From Calditrichia bacterium (GTDB lineage: Bacteria; Calditrichota; Calditrichia; JAJRVZ01): a stretch of 64,000 nt of DNA. Under the pieces are notes generated by a model, which saw nothing but the letters and a program-made list of their open reading frames with translations, was not told the origin of the DNA and did no database searches. The DNA is taken from the NCBI GenBank assembly GCA_963777955.1, contig CAVZSQ010000019.1, forward strand, positions 64,001 to 128,000, in the 5' to 3' direction. Position numbers and translations under genes: made by a program. The stretch's first letter is position 1. Each line of letters begins with the position of its first letter. Positions 10,213 through 19,408 of this stretch are shown here, piece after piece.

Positions 10213-12855
10213 ATGATCGGAACCACAATAGCACACTATAAGATTTTAACTAAACTTGGTCAGGGTGGAATGGGACATGTATATCTGGCCGAGGATCTGC
10301 AGCTTGGACGGCGTGTTGCCATCAAGTTACTGGCACCGGAATTTGCTCTGGATCCTGGTATTAAGGAGAGATTCAAGCAGGAGGCCCAGGCCGTGGCAGC
10401 GCTCAGTCATGCCAATATCGTTACGATCTATGAATTTGGAGATTTTAATAATAATCCATACATCGTGATGGAATATATAGATGGAAAGTCCCTGCGTGAA
10501 AAACTGGCAAAAACAAAACTTCCCTGGCCGGAGGCTATCACCATAATCCGGCAGATCTGTGAAGGATTGAATAAATCTCATCGTACCGGCATCATCCACC
10601 GTGATTTAAAACCGGAGAATATTCTGTTTGACTCAGACGGAGGAGTAAAGATATTGGATTTTGGTCTGGCCAAATTCCGGAATCATCAGAACATCACCCA
10701 GAAATCCATGCGTCTGGGCACGATCAATTACATGTCTCCGGAACAATTACGGGGCAAGGAGATAGATGTACAATCCGATATTTTCAGTCTGGGCGTGATT
10801 TTGTATGAAATGCTCTGCGGTCAACTGCCCTTCACTGCTGAGTATGAGGCGTCCTTGATCTATGCCATTCTCCATGAGCAGCCCCGGCCAATAAAAGAGT
10901 ATGCTCCCGGCCTGCCGCCGGCCCTGCAGAAAATTATCGAGATGGCGCTGGCCAAGGATAAAACATCACGGTACAGATCGGTTAACGAATTATCCCTGGA
11001 TCTGGCTGCAATCCAGGACCACCCAGGCAGCGCTAAACCTGAATCTGAAATAGGTGATCCGGGCAGTGTTGAACAACTGCTGGAACATCGCCAGCAGATA
11101 GATAAACTGATCGAGTCAAAATATAAAAAATCGATAGTCATCCTGATCAGCGATATCGTCGGATCCACCGAGTTTTTCGAACAACGGGGCGATATTGAAG
11201 GCCGGGCAATGGTCAGCCGGCATCACCGGCAAATGTTCCCTTTGATTCAGAATTATCAGGGAGAGATAATCAAAACTATGGGCGACAGTATTATGGCATC
11301 TTTTCATGATGTGGCAGCTGCCACCCGCTGCGCCTGCGAAATGCAAATCAAACTGGCTGCCGAGAACAAAAAACTTCCTCCTGATGACCGGATTAAAATC
11401 AGGATTGCCTTACATTATGGTATGGCTGTAATTGAAGAGGGTGATGTTTACGGCGATGCGGTAAATGTGGCAGCGCGAATCGAAAAACTGACGGACGGTG
11501 ACCAGATTATGATCTCACAGTCCCTGGTGGATGCCCTGGGGCATGATACGGATCAGACGGTGGTACATGCCGGGAACGCCAGTGTAAAAGGCAAAACCGA
11601 AAAAATCGCCTTGTACAGACTGCGCTGGTTCGATGAAGAAATAATAAAACCTATCACCGAGCATGACAGTCAATTGAAAGATCTGCCCACACCGCCGGCA
11701 CTGACCGTGAGTTTCGGGGCAAATATAACCGCCCCTTACAGGATGAAGATTCCCCCGCAGACCAGCGGGGAAACTCTGGACCGGCAATTGCAAAATCCCT
11801 ATATGAATCGCGTTATGATTCAGGACAGCGCAGAATTTTATGGCCGCCGCACTGAAATTGAAAAGATCTACTCACGTATCGGGTCTTCCCGACCGCAATC
11901 CATATCACTGGTGGGTGAACGACGTATCGGCAAATCTTCCCTGCTCAATTTCATTTACCAGCCGTTCAACCGTAGCAAGTACCTGAAAAATCCGGACGAG
12001 TATATTTTTATCTTTATCGATTTTCAGGAACGCCGCGGCATCGGCATCAAAGAATTTTTTACTATTATATTCCAGGCTCTCCTGGATGCTTTCGACGGCA
12101 ACCTGGAACTGAATCTCGAACCGGATTATGAAGGCTTTAAAAAGGTAATCTCAACCTTCGACGAACAGAAACTTAAATTAATCATGTTGTTTGATGAATT
12201 CGAGCTGGTCACAAAAAACGAAAACTTTGATACCGAATTCTATTCTTTCTGCCGTTCGATTGCCAACAATTATAACGTAGCCTATCTCGTTTCTTCCGGC
12301 CGCAATCTGCAGACATTGTGTCACAGCAAACAAATATCGGATTCTCCGTTTTTTAATATTTTTTCCAATATAACCCTGGGTCAATTTACTGTGGACGAAG
12401 CAAAAAACCTGATTTGTAAGCCAGCCGAGAAATTAAACTATTCATTGAGTTCATATGTTGATTTTGTACTGGATCTTGCCGGATTTTATCCATTTTTCAT
12501 TCAAATGGCCTGTGCCGCCCTCTATGAACATATAAAAAAGGGAGAGCAGCACAGCAAATCCTTTCTGGAAAAAGTAAAAGATGATTTCCTTGATGAAGCC
12601 AAGGTTCATTTTCAGCAGATTTGGGCCACTGCTGATGATGAGCAGCGCGAAGTTTTTCTGAACCTGAGTCTGGGCAAAAAAATTCAGCCTGAACAGGAAT
12701 ATCTGCTCAAGATTCTGGAGAAAGAAGGATATTTAAAACCGGGTAAAAAACGTCCTGAAATATTTTCTTCTCTGTTTAAAAACTTCATCCTGAACAGATT
12801 CGGAACTGGACGAAAATCTTCCTCCCGGATCTGGTCTTTCATAAAAAGTGCCTGA
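10213..12855 (+). CDS. Ser/Thr protein kinase - class III adenylate cyclase - STAND-like ATPase fusion (cytoplasmic)
   Basis: Kinase motifs GQGGMG, VAIK, HRDLKPEN, DFG, YMSPE. Cyclase motifs ISDIVGST, IKTMGDS, GDVYGDAVNVAARIE. ATPase motifs NPY...FYGRR, GERRIGKSS, LFDEFE, AGFYPFFIQ. No TM segment. Confidence 0.9.
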   Translation: MIGTTIAHYKILTKLGQGGMGHVYLAEDLQLGRRVAIKLLAPEFALDPGIKERFKQEAQAVAALSHANIVTIYEFGDFNNNPYIVMEYIDGKSLREKLAKTKLPWPEAITIIRQICEGLNKSHRTGIIHRDLKPENILFDSDGGVKILDFGLAKFRNHQNITQKSMRLGTINYMSPEQLRGKEIDVQSDIFSLGVILYEMLCGQLPFTAEYEASLIYAILHEQPRPIKEYAPGLPPALQKIIEMALAKDKTSRYRSVNELSLDLAAIQDHPGSAKPESEIGDPGSVEQLLEHRQQIDKLIESKYKKSIVILISDIVGSTEFFEQRGDIEGRAMVSRHHRQMFPLIQNYQGEIIKTMGDSIMASFHDVAAATRCACEMQIKLAAENKKLPPDDRIKIRIALHYGMAVIEEGDVYGDAVNVAARIEKLTDGDQIMISQSLVDALGHDTDQTVVHAGNASVKGKTEKIALYRLRWFDEEIIKPITEHDSQLKDLPTPPALTVSFGANITAPYRMKIPPQTSGETLDRQLQNPYMNRVMIQDSAEFYGRRTEIEKIYSRIGSSRPQSISLVGERRIGKSSLLNFIYQPFNRSKYLKNPDEYIFIFIDFQERRGIGIKEFFTIIFQALLDAFDGNLELNLEPDYEGFKKVISTFDEQKLKLIMLFDEFELVTKNENFDTEFYSFCRSIANNYNVAYLVSSGRNLQTLCHSKQISDSPFFNIFSNITLGQFTVDEAKNLICKPAEKLNYSLSSYVDFVLDLAGFYPFFIQMACAALYEHIKKGEQHSKSFLEKVKDDFLDEAKVHFQQIWATADDEQREVFLNLSLGKKIQPEQEYLLKILEKEGYLKPGKKRPEIFSSLFKNFILNRFGTGRKSSSRIWSFIKSA

Positions 12856-12858
12856 TGC

Positions 12859-14127
12859 TTATCGTTTAGCTCTGATTATCCAATCTTCCACATCATTTCT
12901 TTCACGGGGAATTTGTTCGGACAGAACGCGGTAACCGGAGCCGGTAACCAGAACATCATCTTCGATCCTCACGCCGAATTTTTTATCGGGAAAATAGATA
13001 CCAGGTTCGACTGTTACTACCATACCCGGTTTCAATTTCATACCATAGTCGGCAACATCATGTACATCCAGACCAAGATGGTGACAGGTACCGTGGATCA
13101 GGGCATCGATATATCCGGCTTCACGAATTACAGTTCGTACCCTGTCCTCGACGTCCTTGGTAGTTATACCCGGCTTGATAATTCCAGTTGCAGATTTCAG
13201 GGCCTGCAGCACAACATCGTAGATATGGGCTTGTTCCGGATTAAATTTTCCATCGACAGGGAAAGTGCGGGTGATGTCGGCGGCATAATGCTCCCATTCT
13301 GCTCCGACATCGACAAGCAGCAGCTGGCCTGGTTCCACTGAACGGTCGCGCTTCTGATAGTGCAGAATGGTCGATTCTGCTCCGGTACCTATGATCGGAT
13401 CGAAGGACATGTGCTGCGCTCCCTGGCGCTTGAACGAGTTTTCCAGAATTCCGTCCAACTGATATTCCTTCACTCCGGGACGGACCCCGGCCAGCATATC
13501 TGTTATACCGAGGTAGGTTATCTGTACGGCCTTTTCGATGGCAGAAATCTCGGCCGCAGACTTGACCATACGCATAGTTTCAATCTGCTGCGATGAATTT
13601 TTGAGGTATGTCCCGGGTACACGAACCATTATTTTTTGATAAAGATCCAGATCGGGTGGTAGATACCCTGCAGGACCAACCAGTGACGAAATGAGCTGCA
13701 GGATGGATGTATGTTTCAGATTTGCGATTAAAACTTCATCGAGTTCACCCGTGCGCATAATATCTTCAAATCCAAGTGCTTTTCTAAGTGAATCACTTAA
13801 AGACGGACGGCGACCTATCCAGCGCTCAAGTTCAATATCACGGGGAGGCAGGAATAAAACCTGGCGGATCTGCTCCTGCGGGGCCAGCAGCAGTATAGCT
13901 CCCCGTTCATCCACACCCGTCAGGTACCAGAAATTCCCATCCGCCCGGTAACCGGTCTCAGTCTCAATTCCCTGCGAGTAGAGCACGGCGATCCCCTCCC
14001 CCAGCGATTTCAACAGAGCTTCGCGGCGTTCGATATAAGTTTTAGGGAATTGAATGTTCTTTTCTTCTTTTTCCTGGGCCAGGACAAAGGCAGGAAGTAT
14101 TAATAAAACCATGAATATTCGCATCAT
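12859..14127 (-). CDS. pepP: Exported Xaa-Pro aminopeptidase (M24B)
   Basis: AMP_N region 'NFWYLTGVDE', metal ligands DVGAE..YAADITRT, HHLGLDVHD, TVEPGIY, GVRIEDDV, and an N-terminal signal peptide. Confidence 0.9.
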   Translation of the reverse strand: MMRIFMVLLILPAFVLAQEKEEKNIQFPKTYIERREALLKSLGEGIAVLYSQGIETETGYRADGNFWYLTGVDERGAILLLAPQEQIRQVLFLPPRDIELERWIGRRPSLSDSLRKALGFEDIMRTGELDEVLIANLKHTSILQLISSLVGPAGYLPPDLDLYQKIMVRVPGTYLKNSSQQIETMRMVKSAAEISAIEKAVQITYLGITDMLAGVRPGVKEYQLDGILENSFKRQGAQHMSFDPIIGTGAESTILHYQKRDRSVEPGQLLLVDVGAEWEHYAADITRTFPVDGKFNPEQAHIYDVVLQALKSATGIIKPGITTKDVEDRVRTVIREAGYIDALIHGTCHHLGLDVHDVADYGMKLKPGMVVTVEPGIYFPDKKFGVRIEDDVLVTGSGYRVLSEQIPRERNDVEDWIIRAKR

Positions 14128-14217
14128 AATTCCTCCACTAGGCACCTAAAGACTGAACCAGGCAGCAGCAGGCATCGATCTTATTCATCAATAGAATTTC
14201 ACCTGGACCAGATAGCT

Positions 14218-15261
14218 CTAATATAAATCCGAAAGGGGCAAATATGCGATTACTCTTTTCAGATAATCGACAAAATACAAATTGGAATTATAAATACGCA
14301 TACCTTCGGGCTCCGCAGTCGGCATAAGTTTAGTATCCAATAAACTACCGTTGTTTAAATCATAAAGATACAGATTCGTATGATAATCATGACTCAGAAA
14401 ATAATCATCATCGATCGTTAGAAAATATGACTCACCTGAGTATGGATTGGAAGATAGCAATTGACCATCATAAGAAAATTTTGACAGGTAATTTCCCGAT
14501 AATGAATGAAATAAAACATAGAGATCACCATTATGACATTCTAATCCGGCAATCCTGGAATAATTTAGCCCGCTTAAATCAATTTCTAAATCGGTAGTGT
14601 CCAAGGTCAAATTATATCTGTATATCCATTGTCTGCCGAAATCCCAAAACACGAAGATTGAATCATAAGCAATATAATCACCACTTGAGTATCCAACCAA
14701 CTCGGTAGATAGATCAGATTTCAGATCATATTTATATAATCCCAGAGATCCGAGCGGATGATAAAATAGTATATCCTGAGTAATACAAAAATCCTGGAAG
14801 TCAGTTTGATTACCAGAAATTTCGTCTGCTCTTTTAAATAACCTTACCGAATGGTAAGGATAATTAAGCATAAAGGTTGAGGAATCGACTTCAATCACTG
14901 AACTATCGGTTAAAAAATACTCCAATTTGAAAAAATAATATATTAAACTTTCATCTATTTTTTCCTTGAATATAAAATTTGGATAAAAAATATCCCCGCT
15001 CTCATGGTAGACAGGATTTAGTGAATCCACGATAACTTCAATATTATCTTCAATAGAACTCAGCCTTATTTTTAAAACAGACTTCTTGTTTAAAATGATT
15101 GAATCCTTGCTTTCAATGTACAGGCTATCATAATTCACCTGAGTGATGGCAAAATTATTCCAGGCGGGTGAGCTCGGTATACTCATGGTGGGATTTGAAT
15201 TCTTTGAACATGAAATAAGCAAAACCAGGAAAAGAAAATTTAAAATCGATATTACTTTCAT
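14218..15261 (-). CDS. AT-rich lipoprotein with beta-propeller-like C-terminal half
   Basis: Lipobox LISC and ~40-aa repeats with 'LYKYDL', 'IYRYNL', 'LYLYDL'. Confidence 0.7.
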   Translation of the reverse strand: MKVISILNFLFLVLLISCSKNSNPTMSIPSSPAWNNFAITQVNYDSLYIESKDSIILNKKSVLKIRLSSIEDNIEVIVDSLNPVYHESGDIFYPNFIFKEKIDESLIYYFFKLEYFLTDSSVIEVDSSTFMLNYPYHSVRLFKRADEISGNQTDFQDFCITQDILFYHPLGSLGLYKYDLKSDLSTELVGYSSGDYIAYDSIFVFWDFGRQWIYRYNLTLDTTDLEIDLSGLNYSRIAGLECHNGDLYVLFHSLSGNYLSKFSYDGQLLSSNPYSGESYFLTIDDDYFLSHDYHTNLYLYDLNNGSLLDTKLMPTAEPEGMRIYNSNLYFVDYLKRVIAYLPLSDLY

Positions 15262-15602
15262 GATCTATCCTCCTCTGCAGGGAAGGTCGAACTAAAATAA
15301 CACTCTCATTTTGACTTGAAAAAGGGACTGGATTCCCTGATCATTCATTTAAACCAGGAATATATTGATTATATTTAAATCTCAACTTGATTCGTGGTAC
15401 AACATACAATCGTTCCATGTATGGAAGAGGAATAAACCGGTATAACGTCCGGCATCAATCCAGAATACTATTGCAGAAGATAAACTGTCAACCTGATTAA
15501 TATAATCACAGGATAACCGATGTCCAATAAAAAATCACTTATATTTTTCTACCTTTTTATTGCTTTTCTCTTGTAAAGATATATATTTAAATTAAAAGCA
15601 AT

Positions 15603-17981
15603 ATGTGTAAACGAATCATTTTCCTGATATACCTGCTGTTTTTGTCTGCCGGCTGTGTACGGCCAGTCGGAGTTGATTTTTGATGACACTCAACTGGCCA
15701 CCATACAGATCTTCATCGATCCGGATTCACTGGCTCTTATTTATGCACCGGGCAATGAAGAAAATGACCATGAATACCCGGCCCGTTTTATCTTCCGGAA
15801 TGCTGCCGTGCATGATTCGGTTGAAAATATCGGTTTCCGCCTGAGAGGAAATACATCACGCTATGCAGCCAAGAAATCATTTAAAGTTTCGTTTAATACT
15901 TTTGAGCGCGGACGTAAATTTTACCGACTGGAAAAACTGAATCTGAACGGAGAACATAACGATCCCTCCGTGATCCGCGCTAAATTGTGCTGGGATCTGT
16001 TTAAAACCATGCAAGTTCCCTCGTCCCGCGCCTTCCACACCAGGTTTATATTAACGGCGATTATTATGGTCTGTATATTGCAGTCGAACATGTCGATGAA
16101 AACTTCGTCAGGGAAAATTTCGCAGATGACAGCGGGAATCTCTATAAATGCCTGTGGCCGGCGGACCTGACCTATCTTGGCACCACACCGAATGTTTACA
16201 AATTGATGAACGGCAACAGGCGCGTATATGACCTGATTACCAATGAGGCAAGCGGACGATTATACCGATCTGGAGAGCCCTGATCTATCTCCTGCAATTC
16301 AGTTCAACCGAGGATTTTCCGGAATTGATTCAGCAATATTTCAATGTCGATCTGTTCCTGCGCGCCCTGGCAGTTGATGTCGCTGTCAGCAGCTGGGACA
16401 ACTACTGGTTCTTAAAAAATAATTACTATCTGTATCACAATCCCGCCAGCGGCCAGTTTGAATTCATACCGTATGACTACGATAATACCTTCGGCATCTG
16501 GTGGGACGGAATTCTAGCGGGAGTTGACTGGGGAAACAGGTATATTTACAGCTGGGGACATCCCACCGAAGACCGGCCATTAGTGGAAAGAATCATGGCG
16601 GTAGCCTGATTTTAAAAACCGCTTCAGTTATTACCTGAAACACCTGCTGGACCATGGTTTTAATCCCGATACACTTTTTCCCAGGATAGATGCCATTCAT
16701 GATATGATATTATCGGCTGCCCATGACGATCCGTACCGGCCGCTGGACTATGGTTTTACCGTAGATGATTTTCACAAATCCTATGATCAGGCCCTGGGCG
16801 CCCATGTCACCTATGGTTTAAAGCCGTACGTAACAACCAGAAGAAATTCCGCTCTGTCGCAATTGATACTTAAGAATATGGCTCCCGTCCTATCAGACCT
16901 GGAACATTTTCCCATGACACCGCAGACCAGTGATCCTATTTCGTTTAAAGTAACTATTCTGGATGACCATTACGTCCAGGCTGTACAACTATTCTGTTAT
17001 ATCGATAATTCCTGGCAACTCATCGATCTGCTTGATGATGGAATCCATGACGATGGACAGGCCGGAGATAATATTTACGGCAACATTTTACCGGCATTGA
17101 ATCAATCTACAAGTATTTCCTATTATATATCTGCCCGGGATGACTCAAATGCGGTCTCAACCTTACCGGCCGGTGCTCCGCAAAATGTCAACGAAATCAA
17201 AATCGGTTATGCGCAGGTAGCACTTTATATAAATGAATTCCTGACCAGTAATATTACAGATAGTGTCGATGAATCCGGCGATCATGAAGACTGGATCGAA
17301 ATTTATAACGGCGGTTCAGGCAATATTTCCCTGAACGGTTTGTACCTGAGCGACAACTTCAATAATCCTGCCAAATGGGCTTTGCCTGATACAGTTCTTT
17401 TACCGGGAGAATTTTTATTAGTCTGGGCCGATGAAGAAGGGAGCGAAGGAAGTCTACACGCCAATTTCAAACTGGACAAAGACGGGGAAAGGATTGGTAT
17501 ATTCAACAGCGACTTCGCCGGCCGGGCGCCGATAGATACCCTTTCTTTCAATCTGCAAACCGCGGATGTGTCCTACGGCCGTTCTACCGATGGCAGCGTC
17601 CCCTGGGAATTTTTCAATAATACCACTCCCGGTCAATCAAACACCACAACCGGGATTAACCCTGCTGTGCAGAATTTAGTTAATCATTATTTTGTGCTGC
17701 AGCAAAATTATCCCAATCCGTTCAATCCTTCCACCACGATTCGCATTGAGATATTTGTGCCAGGGAGCCTGCGGATAAATATCTGCGATCTTAACGGAAA
17801 AACCGTCAAACAATTGCAACAATTCTATGGTTCACCGGGATATTACGAATGGATCTGGGATGGTCATAATAATGAAGGTAAACAGGTCGCTTCGGGTTTG
17901 TATTTTTTAAACGCGGTGCTGCGAGCAGGTAATCAAACGATCAGCACCTGCCCAGTTATGAAGATCGTACTATTAAGGTAA
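15603..17981 (+). CDS. CotH kinase-family protein + lamin-tail domain + C-terminal sorting domain; at least 4 frameshifts
   Basis: Joined ORFs 15655-16170, 16325-16609 and 16704-17981. CotH motifs 'RLRGNTSR..KKSFK', 'KLNLN', 'WDNY...NNYYLY', 'IPYDYDNTFG'; LTD 'INEFL...DWIEIYN...LYLSD'; 'QNYPNPFNP'. Signal peptide from ATG 15603. Confidence 0.85.
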
Positions 17982-18127
17982 CTTTTGTTACAAATCGAAG
18001 TACTTCAATCCCTTTAATTTACTTTATAAGAACAGACTTTCAGATAAGTAGAATATTTTTCCTACCTTTTGTTTTGCTTTTGAAGTGTAAAGATTTAAAT
18101 TTCGATCCTGTAACATGGAATCAAAAG

Positions 18128-18623
18128 ATGAATAATAAAATCCGAGTCGTCCCTTCCTGGGATCAATACTTTATCGGCCTGGTGGACGAGATCGCCAAGC
18201 GGGCTACCTGTGACCGCGGCCAGAGCGGCTGCATCATCGTCAAGGATAAACGTATTTTATGCAGCGGGTATGTCGGTTCTCTGCCCGGTTTTCCCCACTG
18301 TGACGAAACCGGGCACCTGCTGAAAAAAGTTATCGATGATGACGGTACAGTCCGGCAGCACTGCATGCGTACCATCCACGCCGAACAGAATGCCATCTGC
18401 CAGGCTGCCCGTTATGGTATTTCGCTGGAAGGAACCACCCTCTATTGTTCGATGGAACCATGCCGGGTTTGTACCATGCTGATCATCAGTTGCGGTATAA
18501 AAAAAGTTGTGGCCAAAAAGAAATACCATGCCGGACAGGAAAGCCGCGAATTATTACAACAGGCCGGGATTGAATTGGTGGTGTTATTGGACGAAACGTG
18601 AAAATTACGATAATCAATCATAA
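18128..18623 (+). CDS. dCMP deaminase family protein; likely +1 frameshift in the last codons
   Basis: 'WDQYF...RATCDR', 'HAEQNAI', 'PCRVC' zinc motifs. Removing one base at ~18599 gives ...DETENYDNQS*. Confidence 0.9.
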
Positions 18624-18635
18624 ACCGGGACATAT

Positions 18636-19199
18636 ATGCAAAAATTTTCGTTTACCCCGTTAACACCGCAAACCTGGGACGATTTCGAAGACCTGTTCGG
18701 CAAGCGCGGAGCCTGCGGCGGTTGCTGGTGTATGTACTGGCGCTTAAAGCGGTCCGACTTTAATCAAAAAAAAGGCAGCGGCACCCGGAAACTGATGCAC
18801 AATCTGGTTAACAAAGGACATAGTCCCGGTATTATCGCTTACCAGGGGAAAATAGCGGTGGGCTGGTGTGCCGTGGCACCACGGGCAGAATACCTTGTCC
18901 TGGGAAACTCCAAAATTCTCAGCCCCGTTGATACGAAACCGGTCTGGTCTATCGTCTGTTTTTTTATACGCAAAGAATACCGGAACCAGGGGGTCAGTAT
19001 TGCTCTGCTCAATGCTGCCGTGAATTTTGCCCGGAAGCAAGGCGGAAAAATTGTGGAAGGTTATCCGGTTGAGCCCAAAAATAATACCATGCCGGCAGTA
19101 TTTGCTTATACCGGTCTGGCTTCCGCTTTCCGCCAGGCCGGTTTCACTGAAGTCGCACGCCGTTCCGAAACCAGGCCGATCATGCGCTATACTATATAG
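18636..19199 (+). CDS. GNAT family N-acetyltransferase
   Basis: 'GACGGCWCMYWR', 'VGWCAVAPR', 'CFFIRKEYRNQGVSIALL', 'VEGYP', 'FRQAGF'. Confidence 0.9.
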   Translation: MQKFSFTPLTPQTWDDFEDLFGKRGACGGCWCMYWRLKRSDFNQKKGSGTRKLMHNLVNKGHSPGIIAYQGKIAVGWCAVAPRAEYLVLGNSKILSPVDTKPVWSIVCFFIRKEYRNQGVSIALLNAAVNFARKQGGKIVEGYPVEPKNNTMPAVFAYTGLASAFRQAGFTEVARRSETRPIMRYTI

Positions 19200-19274
19200 A
19201 ATATATTTTTTGAAATAGAATTTTATTTAGTAAATTGCTTTAATTGTTATATAATAAAATTTAACCCGACGCAT

Positions 19275-19405
19275 TCCGACATGGGGAAGTCCGTGAGAAT
19301 CGGACACAGTCGCGCTACGGTATTGAGCAGCCGTTGAGGTGAGCTCTAAGTCCGAGTACCATGATAATCGTCACTCTGTTTTTGTCGCGTCAACGAAGGG
19401 AGTGT
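19275..19405 (+). ncRNA. Cobalamin riboswitch (compact class-II/AdoCbl-variant-like)
   Basis: CATGG-GGAA-GTCCG-TGAGAAT-CGGAC (P4 with T-loop)-ACAGTCGCGCTACGGTA (P5)-GAGC...GCTC (short P6)-TAAGTCCGAGTA-CCATG (B12 box closing P3). A downstream hairpin CACTCT...AGGGAGTG covers the RBS. It lies directly 5' of a TonB-dependent receptor. Confidence 0.85.
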
Positions 19406-19408
19406 ATT

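Noticed and set aside
18128..18623. Anti-phage dCTP deaminase
   Set aside because: It is a stand-alone small deaminase with no fused kinase domain and no defence neighbours; it fits a housekeeping dCMP deaminase.
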